64,000 nucleotides of DNA from the NCBI GenBank assembly GCA_028534125.1, contig CM052817.1, forward strand, positions 107,510,001 to 107,574,000, given 5' to 3'. How positions within the stretch are numbered: the first letter of the stretch is position 1; the number at the start of each line of letters is the position of its first letter. This stretch comes from Lama glama (lineage: Eukaryota). This document shows positions 26,086 through 39,199 of the stretch, piece by piece. The notes under the pieces are model-generated. The model was given only the letters and a program-made list of their open reading frames with translations, made no database searches and was not told the origin of the DNA. The position numbers were made by a program, and so were the translations under genes.

Positions 26086-27489
26086 CCAATGTCCACCCTT
26101 GGTTTTTGGCTCTTCTGCTAGTTTGTCTTCCATCTATCTCAACAGGTACAAAGACTATAACTCTCCTGGGACACGCCCAGTGAGGATGGCTTTAGTTACT
26201 AAGTGTTAGTTAAAAACAGTTTGATTCCATACAGCGGACACATAGGGATTCATTCCTTGCTGTGAACAATTTTTGGAATAAGGAAAATGATTAGAATACT
26301 CAAGACTGTCCTTCATCAGAACTCAGCAAAGTGGCTCACTCTTTAAGGGCTGAGTTTTCTTCTTGGTAAAATATGGACAGTAGACCAGGTAATTCTAGGA
26401 CTACTTTTATCCCAGAATTCTATGAACAGCTTCCCAGGGTTATGCTCTGTTATTTTCCATTTTATTAAATGTTGTCTTCCTGAGTATGCTCCCTTTAGGG
26501 CCATCAAGTCAAATTTTCCTCGAACTCTGTACCACTAGGTGTGTTTTTATTTTCTTATGGTTGCCTCTAATTAGTTATTGCTCACCTACAGAAAGGAACC
26601 AGGTATCATTAGTGGTTGTCATAAAATATGGCAGTTACTCCAACATGAGACTACTGAAAAAATTCAGTAAGATGCTAGAGTAAAAGGCAGAAAAGGAGAG
26701 CAGGAGGACGCTCTGCCTTTTTAAAGGGTTTGGTCATGGAGAACCAGCTGTATAGAAAGTTCTGGTTAGATGAATGGCATTTTCTAACATATTTCAAACT
26801 CTTGGGTAATTTTGAAAATGATTCTGTAACCACATAGTGCCCAATCAGACTGGAGCAGATTTTTCTTTTCAGCAGAAAGTGAAATATAGGATGTTTAAGG
26901 TGGTTGGTGAAATACTGCAAATAGGGGTTATTGAAGCCCTATCTCTTGACAGAACAGACCAAGGAAGACTGAGTTAAAAAATGACCCATGGACCCAATGA
27001 CTGTTTTCTAAGAATCTTTTAGGGGAAAGTAAGTACGTCCTGAGTTAAATTCTCTGACAACTGAAGCAGAAGTCACACACAACAAAGCTTCAGTGTTCTG
27101 TGCAGCTTTTAGGACTGGACTTTCTCGTTTGGGGCTATGCCCATTTCCAGTAGACTTTGTCAGATGATTGGCATATTTTTTGTACCTCTTAGTAGAGGAG
27201 AAAGCAGACAGATTACTTTAAAAAAAAAGATAGATTACTTTTTTCTATTTCCAAAATGTTGTGTAGCCTTAGAACCACCCCAAGCCACCGCATGAAAACA
27301 CATGACTGTGAAATTAGCCTACACCTGTCTTACAAATTTCTACACATTTCTAAGCTCAGATTCAAAAGGAACTAAGCCAGGACTCAAATAAACAAGGCAT
27401 CACTGAGGTAAGTACAATGGTGGTTCCTCTGAGACCTAGAAGATGAGTTCTCTCAAAAGCCTTCTGGAAAGAGTTGAAGACTCAAGGTA

Positions 27490-27815
27490 TAACAAACACA
27501 AATCAAAACTACAATGAAGTGTTACCTCACACTGGTCAACATGGCCATCATTAAAAAGTCCACAAGAGAGGGGGAGAGAAAGGGGAACCCTCCTACACTG
27601 CTGGTGGGAATGTAATTTGGTGTAACCACTATGGAGAGCAGTATGGAGAGTCCTTAAAAAACTAAAAATAGACTTACCATATGATCTAGCAATCCCACTC
27701 CTGAGCACACACCTGGAGAAAACTCTAATTCTGAAAGATACATGCACCCCAGTGTTCGCAGCAGCACTGTATACAATAACCAAGACACGGAAGCCACCTA
27801 AGTGTCCTTCGGCAG
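27490..27815 (+). mobile_element. L1 ORF2 C-terminal fragment
   Basis: 'ggaaccctcctacactgctggtgggaatgtaatttgg..ctagcaatcccactcctg'. Confidence 0.88.
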
Positions 27816-28244
27816 GTGAGTAAAGCCCCCTGCTCTTCTTCTCTTTTTTTTCCTACCCTTAATAAACGACCTCAGCACAACTTCAAGGAGAATACCATCT
27901 TTCCTTCTGGAACGCCTTCAACTTATAAAACCATAATCACTGCATCCAAGCCCACTCTTCTTTTCCTCCCCCTCTTAGGAAGAGTCAGAAATCTGCTTGC
28001 TCAGCGTGAAGTTCAGCCGGTGTCCTGCACTTGTGCCCTCCCACTGATTTTTGCTTTTTCAGGTCTCTTTTTCTCTCCTGAACATTCCTTTGATACTCTC
28101 TACTGAGTCTTTCTGCTTCCGCATAAACATGCAGACTCAGTTCCATCCTTAAGCCCTCAAATGCTCTTTTTCTTGGCCATCTTCCATGCAGGTGTCCTTA
28201 GTCACTGTTCTAGTTCTGCATTTCCCAGCCCAGCTTTAAAAAAT

Positions 28245-29430
28245 AGACTTTATTTCTCAGAGCAGTTTTGGGTTTACAGCAACATTGAGTAGAAAGTATA
28301 GACGTTTCCCATCAGCCCCCTGCCCCCACACATTATCACATCCCCACCAGATAATACATGTGTTACCATCAATGAACCTACATCGACACATCATTGTCAC
28401 CCAGAGTCCACAGTCTGTAGCCCACAGACTACCGTCCATAGTCTGTTGGTGGTGTATGTTCTGTGGGTTTTGACAAGTGCATGATGGCATGTATCCACCA
28501 CTATAGCATCATACAGAGTATTTTCACTGCCCTAAAAATCTTCTGTGATCCACCTGTGCATCTCTTTGTCCCTTCAAACCCTTGACAACTAATAATCTTT
28601 TTACTGTCACCATAGTTTTGCCTTTCCCAGACTGTCACATAGCTGGAATTGTACAGTAGGTAGCTTTTCAGATTGGCTTCGTTCACCTAGTAATACACCA
28701 ATAAGGTTCCTCCACGTCTTCTCATGGCTTGATAGCTCTTTCCTTTTTGAGTGCTGAATAGTGTTCCACTGTCTGAGTGGACCACAGCTACAGTAGGGTT
28801 TACCTGCTGAAGGACATCTTGGTGGTTTCCAAGTTTTGCCAGTTATAATAAAGCTACTATAAACATCCACGCGCAAGTTATGTGGACATAAATTTTTAAC
28901 TCTTGGGTGAATACCAAGGAGTATTACTGCTGAATTGTATGATAAGAGTATGTTTAGTTTTATAAGAAAAACAAACTGCCCTCCAAAGGGGCTGTTTTGC
29001 ATCCCCACCAGCCACGACCGAGAGTTCCTGTTGCTCCACATCCTCACCAGCGTTTGGTGTTGTCAGTGTCCTAGATTTTGGCCAATGTGATAGGTGTGTA
29101 TTGGTGTCTCATTGCTGTTTTAGTTTGTATTTCCCTGATGCTATAAAATGTGAAGCATTTTTTCATATGCTTGTTTGCCATCTGTATATCTTCTTTAGTG
29201 AAGTGTCTTAAGGTATTTGGCCCATTTTTAAATTGGATTGTTTTCTGATTCTGGAGTCTTCAGCCTTCTTTGTACATTTTGGATAACTGTCCTTTATCAG
29301 ATATGTGTCACACATATTTTCTTCCAGTCTGTGGCTTGTCTTTTCATTCTCTTGAAAGAGTCTTTCACAGAGCAGAAAATTTAAATGTTAAGTCTCGTTT
29401 ATCAACACTCTTTCGTGGATCGTGCCTCTG
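28245..29430 (-). mobile_element. L1MC-like 3' fragment, same type as 1-1915
   Basis: 'ttcactgccctaaaaatc' plus extended similarity to about 130-1040. Confidence 0.88.
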
Positions 29431-29539
29431 GGGCTGAGCACCAGTCTGTCTCCTTAAAGGAGGGCTTCTGCCTCTAGGATGCTCGTCTTCATGGCTTCCT
29501 TAGATCCGTGGAAGGTGGGTCAGGCCTCCCACGCTACTG

Positions 29540-30690
29540 AAATTGCTCTGACAACCGAACTTAACAGTGATGTTTTCTCTCTAGTTGTCAAATCCAGTGG
29601 TCCTTTTCAATATCTTCTGACTCAGCGTTTCTGCTTCATTCCACCAGATGAGCTAATCCTTTGGGACTCTCTCCCCTGGTGGACACAACGACCCTTGGTG
29701 GTGGCTTCTCACTTTGGCATCTCTCTCCTGGCTTCCTTCGCAGCCTCCCTTTCCTTTCTCCACCCTTGATGTTGGCATCCTCCTCTCTTCTTGTTTCACT
29801 TTATATCCTCTCATGATTTACTTCAATTGATCCCCACAGTTTTAGTTGCCAAGAGTTAATCAAAGGCTCAAAAATATGTGACCCCAGCCCAGGTACCTCC
29901 CCAGAATTCTAGTTTGTTATAACTAAATGCCTAGGGAATATTCTAGAAAGAACTTTGCCTCAAATTGGATGTACACAGAGCAGAACTCAAGTCATCTGCA
30001 CACCAGTTCCTCCTGCTGCCTCCTCTGTCATGATGGACCTGCCCCCTGATTATTCAAGCAAGCAAGAGTCCTGGGAGGTGGCTTCAACCCTCTCCTCCCT
30101 CCCTCACCTCACGTTCACTGCTGTGTTTTGTTTTCTCAGTATCTCTCTTTTTTTTTAAAATAAATTGAAGTATAGTCAGTTACAATGGGTCAGTTACAAT
30201 GCATCAATTTCTGGTGTGCAGCACAATGCTTCAGTCATACATATACATACACATATTCATTTTTGTATTCTTTTCCATTATAGGTTATATTTTCTTAGTA
30301 TCTCTTGAATTAATCTTCTTTCCCTGTTCACGACCAATAACATCTTATGACTGTGCTAGTTTCTCTTCTGTCCTACCCAGAATTCTTATCTTTGAGTGAC
30401 CCTTTCAAAAGAGAGCTGAAAACATTGATTCCTGCTTAAAATGTCTCAACAGCTCTCCATCCCTTTCAGGATAAACTGCAAACTTCTGAACAGGCATTCA
30501 AAGCTCTAATGACATGGCCCTTTCCTACCTCCCTATCTTGAGCTTCCTGTCACCTCAACCTCGTCTAGTGTTTCAGTTTTAGTCTGCTGTCCTTGCAGCT
30601 CCTTGAATGTGTCCTGCACTCACTGTGTTGTTGCCTGGTGCCTGGGACATGGTAATAGCACTGTAAATATTTGTTGATGAATAAATGTTG
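29540..30690 (+). mobile_element. L2 fragments
   Basis: 'gtcaaatccagtggtccttttc'; ends 'gtgcctgggacatggtaatagcactgtaaatatttgttgatgaataaatg'. Confidence 0.65.
30147..30289 (-). mobile_element. Very short L1 3' tail with 16-bp TSD
   Basis: ttttctcagtatctct at 30131-30146 and ttttcttagtatctct at 30290-30305. Confidence 0.85.
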
Positions 30691-30829
30691 GTAATCCCTT
30701 ATAAAAAAAAATCCTTTACTCCTTCTCCAGCTGGCTAATTCCTACCACTGCCTTCAAGACTTGCTGTAAGGTTCATTTCTTTCACAAGCTTTTTTTCACT
30801 ATGTTTTGCTCCTTCTTCTGTACTGGTCT

Positions 30830-30980
30830 GGGGTTGTTAGAAAAATGTCCCCTTTCCTCCAAAAATATGTCCTCATCCTTGTCCCTGGAACCTTCGAAGA
30901 TGCTAGCTGATGTGGTGAAAGGGGCTGTAGACATGATGAAGGCTGGACCCCTTGACATGGAAATGTTATCCTAGGTCGTC
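30830..30980 (+). mobile_element. MLT1D-like LTR fragment
   Basis: 'ccaaaaatatgtcctcatccttgtccctggaacc..ggtgaaaggggctgtagacatgatgaag'. Confidence 0.6.
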
Positions 30981-31266
30981 ACCTACTGAGAGACAAATCC
31001 GTGAAACGGAGTGAGTCCTGGTGGTCTGGGATCTGTCCAGCTGACCCCTGTTCTCTCAGGATAGAACTGTTGTGGGTCAGCTCTCCAAAGGCTCATCTTA
31101 CTTGTTCATGAAGTGTATCAAATAGGTTAGAACCAAACGAGACTAAAGATGTTTTCAGAAAGCCGAAATGCTTAGAGCAGTGAAGACCCAGGAGCCAGGA
31201 TGGTTCTAACCATTAGGAGCCCTTTGGTAAATCAGTCTATCATCTTATATTTGTAGAAAAGGGATT

Positions 31267-31269
<3 letters not shown>

Positions 31270-31312
<43 letters not shown>
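31270..31312. repeat. (GT)n microsatellite
   Basis: Perfect GT run. Confidence 0.95.
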
Positions 31313-31316
<4 letters not shown>

Positions 31317-31330
31317 GTGGAATGCTCGTC

Positions 31331-31522
31331 CAGTACTGTTCAGTAGACATTTCTGTAATGATGGAAATTTACCACACGTGCACTGGCCAGTGCAGTAGTT
31401 ACTGGCCGCATGTGGTCACTGAACACTTGAAGTGTGCTTTGGGAATCAAGAGGTAAATTTTAAATTAAATTAAATATTTTCTAGCCACGTGTGGGAAGTG
31501 GGTACTGTAGTGGACACTGTAG
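31331..31522 (+). mobile_element. MER3 (hAT-Charlie) MITE
   Basis: 'cagtactgttcagtagacatttctgtaatgatggaaat..tagccacgtgtgg..tggacactgtag'. Confidence 0.8.
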
Positions 31523-33541
31523 CTTCCGTCAGCTGGAGCTTGATTTCGTCATCTTGGCATTTGACCTTGCCAATTGCTGCTACTTGAGAAACAGTCCCTT
31601 GGGCTTACTGCCACCAGAGATGTGCTTCAGATACAAATGCATCTGCACCTTGGCTGGGGAGGGCACATGCCTTGGGCAGAACTATGCCTATCTTATTTAT
31701 TGCCAATTGTCAAAAAAAAAAAAAGGAATCACAATGGTGCTCCACCAGCCACATGGTGGTTGGTAGGAGAAGGGTGACACACAACACTCTGGGATGTGCT
31801 AGTTCCTTTTTGGGGGGGGTAACCCGTTGGTGATGGGATCAGACCCACCATGAACATCTCAGAGGTGAGGGGAAACTATGTGGACGATGCAAGGACCCCA
31901 AAGCAAACTTTAGCTTGTTGAACCCAGAATTCCTCAAGCTTAACTGACTCCAGGATGCATTTCCACATGTGCATGTGAGGCACCTTCCAAGAAGCACAGA
32001 GCTGGTGCCCCGGGAGCACACTCTGGGGAAGACTCCTCTCTAAAAGAGTTGGTCGCTGCTCCTACCGTCAGTCATATTTCTAGCCACTCCATTAATGGAT
32101 CCTTCTGCTACTTTCTCCTTTGCCTTCTTCCATCCAATACCTGGGACTGTCAAGAGCATCCTGGGGCCCTGGTGAGAAGCATTGTGCCTGAGGGATCAGA
32201 GCCATTGCTCATACTACTGACTTTTGCCTTTGGTACCTGTTTGAGGCCCATCTAATGTATACAGTGTCTGCTTGGTGGTGGACGGCTACCGGGCACACCC
32301 CGTAGGGTGGCTCAGTGAGTTACACGGCGCCCATGATGGGCATCTCAGGTAACTCGATGTCTTGGTAGAGGTTGGTTTTCAAAGTTCAAGGATTTCTGAC
32401 TCTGGTTCATTTCACTTACAAACTGAACCGAAAAAGAGCAAGGGATGCTTTTTAAATATGCAACACTGAAGATGCCTGCAGAGTTGACTTCTCTAGTGTG
32501 TAAGCGCTTTACTATTTCACAGCATAGTTAACTAAACGGAGCATAGTTTTTCACATCCAGCTTTTCTATTAATATCCAGCATACCATTAATCCATGTACT
32601 TAGTTTATCTTCAGACTTGCAGAGCAGTCTCTCTCACCCCTGCTCAGCCAAGCAAGATAAGGGGCTATCATTATAGGAAAATGTATCCTTTTTAGAGTCA
32701 AAATGTTCCCTGCGTAATTTTTTTTTTTTTGGAAAACAGATACAACTACAAAGTAAGCCAGATTGCCTTTTACCTTTGCCAAATTATTTATCAAAATTTC
32801 AAAGGCCATGCTGGGCTGAACAAATGTGAGAACGAATTTGATTTCATGTTAAAATATTATAGCTTACACTTAAAATAAGTATCTAAAATTTATTGAATTG
32901 GAGGAAACTTTAGTAAAAGTAAAGCATTTTTTTTGGTCTGGTTAAAGCTAAGATTATAACAGAATACTCGTATCTTTTTATATCTCATTATGCTTACTGC
33001 CAGGACTCCAGAACAGTAAGCAAATCTTTTTCCTTATTTATTTTATTATTATTACTTACTAAGCACCAGTATGTCAAAGGGCTCCCTGGGCAAAGCCAGC
33101 GGGAAAGAATTCCACCTCTACCTATGTGCAGATTATCCAGATGTCTTTAATTTTTAAACTCATCAGTCATTCATTTTGGTTCTTACATGCTCTTAAGCTG
33201 TTACTATAATAGATCAGAATTCACACTTCCTTGTCATAAGACTCGTAAAAGATTTTGGATGGCCTTACTACTAGAGAGCATACTTTTTATTTACCATTAA
33301 TCTTGAACTTAGACAATTATGTGATTCAGACTTTTTCTGAAAAGTTAATCTAAACACACTGAGCCTCTTATTTTATGGGAATTTGAATCATGTAGATTGA
33401 CAGCCAAGTAACATGAAATATTAATGAAGTCTGTCTTTATGAAAAATGTTACCTAATGTGTGCTCTGTGTGGTATATAAAAACAAAGAATAATTTCAAGG
33501 CTGGTCTGGCAAGTGACTTGCAAACTGTGTTTACACTGCTG

Positions 33542-33555
33542 CCACACGGTGGCGC
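33542..33555 (+). promoter_or_regulatory. Candidate CTCF site
   Basis: CCACACGGTGGCGC versus consensus CCASYAGRKGGCRS (12/14); CpGs retained in an AT-rich context. Confidence 0.45.
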
Positions 33556-34019
33556 CACTTCAGTCAATAAATAGAAACGTCCGTCACTGGCTCAGCATCC
33601 TGGGAGCCCAGCTTTTGTTTATGGAATACAGTCTTCCTTGAGGGACGGGGGAGGCTGCTGTTATTTTACCATTCACTGTTATCATGATTTAAAGTATTCC
33701 TGGGTCCCGCAAGGAGGCATCCAAATATTATCTAAGTGGAGGTACGTCTTTTAATGCTGAGAAACAAGTTTAAAATCAGTACCTTTGGAAAGGAAGTTAG
33801 ATGCGGTGAAATGCTATGAAGAATTCCTCATAACTATCATTGTATATGATGCATATTTTGGAGAGCTCTACAAAATATCAGAGGCCATATTGCAAAGATT
33901 AAAACGAGACATTAAAGCAAAAAAAGTACTTTTTTTTTTGGGTAAATTATTCATCTTAGGTAGATATTCATCTCCACCATAGCCTCAATTTGGGAAAACC
34001 AGGCTTGAATCAAAGTTTT

Positions 34020-34085
34020 ATCAAAGCTTTGATGTATTCGTGGGAGAGGGTGAGCTACGTGTCCTTCTGCTCCGCCATCTTGGCC
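34020..34085 (-). mobile_element. L1 extreme 5' end with YY1 site
   Basis: Reverse complement CCAAGATGGCGGAGCAGAAGGACACGTAGCTCACCCTCTCCCACGAATACATCAAA. Confidence 0.65.
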
Positions 34086-35496
34086 AGACTTCACCACAGT
34101 TTTGAAACGTGCCAAGTCTTCAGAAACTTGTCACTTGTGTGAAATGCTACTTTCCCAAACCGGAAGATTTCCAAATTTTCATTTAAAAATTAGGAAGTTG
34201 CTTTAAAGGTAGAAATTTGGGGATAGGAGAGAGGAAAAGATGGTGATGGTTTGAGCAAGCCAGTGTTTGATACCCTTCTGCCTTCACAACGGTCCTGTTT
34301 ATTTTTCCATTTCTAATATCTGCTCTGATGTGGAAGATTGACTCAGAGAGTAAGTCAGTTGACAACAAGAAGAGAGAGGATGTAAAGACAGGAAATAAGG
34401 AAACTACTAACCCAGAGAGCTTCTGCACCAGAGAGGTAGACACAGAATCTTAAAGAAACGAATAATACAGATCTCCCTACACTCGCTTTCATCTTTTTAA
34501 CTTCTCCACACCAAGCCCTAGTTATCCCACTTGCATAGCTCTTCACCAGCGACGTCCCCATGTAGGAAGATTTTAAATGTCAAGCCGGCTCAATATGCTA
34601 TTGTTGACATGTTTCTTCATGGACATTTTAGCTATTAAAGGTGGTCAGCATTTTCTCCCCTCAGTGTATTCTAGGGGCTGACACTGAGATGCAGTCTGAC
34701 TACTCTAACACTTGCAAAATATATGCCTGGGGGCTATGAGGAAGTGTCTAGAGGTGTGTAATAAGCATGACTATCTTACTTCCTGAATTAACAACACGCC
34801 CTATGAATGATAGAGAGGTGATGAAATAAGTTATGGTTTACATGTTGAGTACCCTTGGAGAGCTGATTTAATCAACTTCTGTGGAGCAGTGGGGTTTCTT
34901 GGAGACATTTTCTAGACTCATCTCTCATTTTTATTAGTACATTGCTTAGTTTGGATTCCTCCAGCAGATGAACCTTTAGGGGAACCCAATCTAACAAAGT
35001 GAGAAAGAGGGAGAGAGAAAAAAGAACAGCCAATAAAGAACCTGTTAATGAGCTAATGAGGCTATTGTGCGCAATTGGGGTTCAGCCTTGTGGGGACCAC
35101 TTTGAGCAACTCTACGGAACACCCCTGGGCCTGTCTCTCTGGGGGACAGGAAGGTTGGGGCATTTATCCCCCAACTCTCATTCTTTATTTTTTGAAGACG
35201 GTTTAACTCTTCAGCCCTCTAGTACTTCCTGGTCCCGTGGGGTCGAAAACAACCTCAAGCATAGAAGAGAGACAGACCCTCAGGGTGAGCTGGGAGGTTA
35301 GTGTCCCAGGTCCTGTGGAGCTCAGCCTCCGGTGCACTCCGGTGGGCTGGGGGAGGGTTCCAAGTGTGGCACTGACCTCACATGCGATGTGCACAGTGCT
35401 AGTATTGGATCAACAAAAATCTTAAACCCTTAATGATTCACACACACATTATTTACTAAGAATAATCTCATCATTTCTTTACATATATTTCCTTTT

Positions 35497-35707
35497 TTTT
35501 AACTTAATTTTTAATTTGGAACTCAATTTAACATTTTGTTATTTTTTAATTCATATATAATCAGTTTGATTTCTACTATATAGCACAGAGAACTATATTC
35601 AATATCTTGTAGTAACCTGTAACCAAAAGGAACATGAAAAGGAATACATGTATGTGCATGCAGGACTGAACTATTATGCTGTGCACCAGAAATTGGCACA
35701 GCATTAG
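35497..35707. mobile_element. Twin-primed (5'-inverted) short L1 insertion
   Basis: T-rich tail and last ~25 nt on the - strand, upstream 3'UTR on the + strand; TSD atttcctttt at 35487-35496 and 35708-35717. Confidence 0.7.
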
Positions 35708-36804
35708 ATTTCCTTTTAGATTGATTGCTTCCCCAGCCATCTTGGCCTCAAAGTATTATATTGGTTTCCCCAGGCATTTCTCAACATTTTCTAAGTGTTT
35801 TGGTCTTAGAATTCCTCTTTAAAAGAAGAGTTTCCAAAATGTATGCAACATCAGGTCCTAGACCTGTAATATAGCAAGAGTTTTTCCTACAATGACAGTA
35901 GAGTGAATTTGCAAATGGTCTTTAAAAGAAAAGACACATCTTGACACATCCAGTTTTATGAAGCCAACAACTCCTTTAGACATGTGTGCAACATATAGAA
36001 GGAAATCCTTCAGAATGTTTATTTTTAATATCTGGATTACTAAAGATTCACTTAATCTTTATTTTATGTGTTACGTGCTAATTTAATGAATCAAAATGTG
36101 CATTATTAAGGAGAAACAGAATATGGTGGTGAGTGGGAGCAGGTATCTTTCCTGTGTTAACTCAGTACCATCTTTAACGGCAAAGGCTCTTCTCGAGTCT
36201 GATTTGTTTAATGGAAAAATAACGTTTGTGAAATCTCTTGGCTACTAAATATTTGGACTTCTTTACTATGGATAATAAAGGAAATTTACCCTTTAGATTT
36301 CATTCTGCTTTTATGGGCTTTTCCATTGCAATGAGAAAAAAGTCCATCCTTGCCTATGCCCTGTGGTATAAGGAATAGTCAGCGGAGGGAGACGGCAGAA
36401 ACGCTACCTCTCACGCTTATTCCGTCTCCATAGCAGGGGCTGAAACAGCTTGTAACGCACCAAGCCCAGACGCTCTCCCCACTGTTCTTCTCCGTTACTA
36501 CTTATGTACAAAAATAACTTATTATCTTTTTATACTGTTGTTGGATTAAATTCCTTAGTCATTTTTTAAGTCATATTCTCATCAAATTTAAGAAGATGAA
36601 CACTACATCAAACCCTACGTGATCTGAATGATTTTACCTTGCTTAGCACCCTGAAGATGTCCCGTATGAGATTCTGGCCCTTCTCTCTTCAGACTTTTCA
36701 CATTACAGGCTTATGCCTTCCTCTCTTGGCCTACTGCCGTCCTGCTTCTAAAATCTCAAATCTCTGAAGCTTCAGCCCAAGTTCTGCATTTTCATTGACA
36801 GCTT

Positions 36805-36975
36805 CTTTTTTAAAATTAAAAAAATTTTACTTTTATTTATTTATTTTTCTACTTGTAGGAGGAAGGTAAGTAAGTTTTTAAATAATTTATTTGTTTATTT
36901 ATACAGAGGCACTGCGGATTGAACCCAGGATCTCGTGCATGCTAAGCACGCGCTCTACCACTGAGCTCTACCCCC
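36805..36975 (-). mobile_element. tRNA-Ala-derived SINE (Vic-1-like)
   Basis: 'ggattgaacccaggatctcgtgcatgctaagcacgcgctctaccactgagct'. Confidence 0.9.
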
Positions 36976-37046
36976 ACCGCCCCACCGCCCCACTGCAACT
37001 CCTTCTGATAGAAGCCCGCAGATTCCTCCTGCTCTAACTCCCTTCT

Positions 37047-37210
37047 TATTTTTTTGTGTGTATACACACACACACACACACACACACATATTTTTTATTG
37101 TCATATAATCAGTTTATAGTGTTGTGTCAATTTCTGGTGTACAGCACAATGCTTCAGTCATACATGTACATACATATATTCGTTTTCATATTCTTTTTCA
37201 CCATAAGTTT
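37047..37210 (-). mobile_element. Short L1 tail with (CA)n and 12-bp TSD
   Basis: taactcccttct at 37035-37046 and 37211-37222. Confidence 0.85.
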
Positions 37211-37294
37211 TAACTCCCTTCTGGTTGATCTGTGTACTGGGTAGACTCTTGTGCTTTTCCTGTTGGCTAACGGTTTAAGTGAGAAACTTCAGAA

Positions 37295-37418
37295 CAGTGA
37301 TCCTCTAGTCTTTATGTGCATGACACTTACTTGGGAAGCTTGTTGAAAATGCAGATTCTATTGTCCCCTCAGATACTTCTGTTGAAGGCACTTGTGGACT
37401 ATACCCTGAGAAATGCTG
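37295..37418 (+). mobile_element. MER5-type hAT MITE remnant
   Basis: 'cttgttgaaaatgcagattc..ctgagaaatgctg'. Confidence 0.55.
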
Positions 37419-37531
37419 TTTTGGTTTTTTTTTTAACATATAAAGCTATAATATACTCATTCTTTTTATGATAAATAAAATAATAACCTTATCCTCCCTG
37501 AGTTGGTTGATGAGTTGATAAAAGACCAATC

Positions 37532-37545
37532 TTGACCCCTGCTGG
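37532..37545 (-). promoter_or_regulatory. Candidate CTCF site
   Basis: Minus strand CCAGCAGGGGTCAA, close to the CCAGCAGGGGGCGC core. Confidence 0.45.
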
Positions 37546-39199
37546 CGAGTAACTAAACCTTGACCCTGAGATGGTTTTGGAATCTCAGAGAGCAGATCCG
37601 GGGTGGAAACTACTGGCTGCCAGATAAATTAGATGCCTCTTTGGATTATAGAGAATCATGTCAGTTTAGAGTCAACTTTATCCACTGACAGATACCTTTC
37701 AACAGATTTGTTGGAAAGTGTCCTCTTTCTCTCCTGTAATACGTTGTCATCATCTCCAGATAACAAGTGTTCCAGTCCTGGATGGGAGTAAATTCTTCTG
37801 ACCCAAGATGGAGCGCGTCTTGTTGGTCTGAGACTCCATTTCATAAAAACAGCATTTCAGTAAGATAGCTAAAACTAGGTGAAGGAAAATGATGAAATTC
37901 AGGGGCAAAATCTTCAAAATCCAAAGAACAGGAAGACAGAGTCAAACTATAAAATTAGGCTGATTTTCCACTCAACAGGCTCAAAGTAAACCTTCAATAT
38001 ATGCTTAGCAGCTTCTTGTCTGTTTATTTTTGCTTTCTATCACGAAAACGTGATTAAAATATGGTACAGCACATTTCTTTAAAGCAACTACTTCAGATGA
38101 TCTGTTCTTCAAGTCTATCTGTACACCTCAACTCTTACTTTAGTTTTTCCTTTCAGCAAGTCACAAGAGGCATACAACTGCCCCATAGTCTTTTTTCTCC
38201 CCTTTTGATTCGTAATTCAGAATTCATGGCTTAAGGTTTTTATAGTAAATTAAAAAATGTTTTGACATAAAAATTTCCAACTTTCTCTGTTCTCTGCTAG
38301 CAAAAAGTAGTACCATCGCTTCATGACTTAAGTTTTATTTTTTTCCATGTCTCTTATTATATGGTACTATAGATTATATTGTTATCCCTAAGTAAGGCAT
38401 TTAAAAGTTAACCTTTAAAGATATACTATATCATTTCTATTCAGATAAGAGAAAGGACTCAGTGACCCATTTCAGGATGAAATTTACTTAAGGAAAGAAA
38501 AACATGATGGTCTGAGTCAGTTAAAATATGTACAAATCTGCTCCATGTATCATTTTGGAGTGAAAGAGAGAAGGAAGCAGTGGTCTATAATGTTTGTCCC
38601 AGGTACTGAATGCTAAGTGCAGCATGGGAGAAGTCATTTCAGATCTATGCTTCATGATTATTAGGGTGTGCTGAGCGGGATAGTCAGGGGACAGTTACCG
38701 AGTCATCAATTCGTAAAGTAGGAACTGTGTGGGGGCAGAGGACAAGGCATTGGTGACAATGTGGCTATTGGCTGTCAGAACACACAGAACGAGAATTAAC
38801 AGTACAACTTATATCAAGGAGGGCTGACTCTGCACCCGCCCCTCCAGGGAAAGAGAAGTTAAGATGGGAAATGGAACATGATCAGAAGGGAATTGAAAAC
38901 ATAAACCTACTTAACAACTATGCCGAAGATCAAGAGATACTGATTTGGGAATTTATCCAGACTGTCTAAGCAGATGTCTGATCAGCACGAGGTGGTATAA
39001 AATTCTAAATGGCGATCTTGTGAACGTGTATGAATAATTAGAATGATTTTTGCAGGGCTGTTGTACATTGTACAGTTTTACTAGAAGTTCAAGATTGGGC
39101 TTGATTCCTCTCACTTAGGCTTTTATCAGTTCAAGTCAACAGAAGACCACAGAAATACTATTGGATTCCAGGCACTGCACTGGCATTAAGAACACAAAA

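Noticed and set aside
130..29430. Segmental duplication between ~130-1040 and ~28500-29430
   Set aside because: Two independent, diverged copies of the same L1MC-type 3' region
34070..34082. YY1 motif as a host gene promoter
   Set aside because: Explained as the 5' terminus of an L1 fragment
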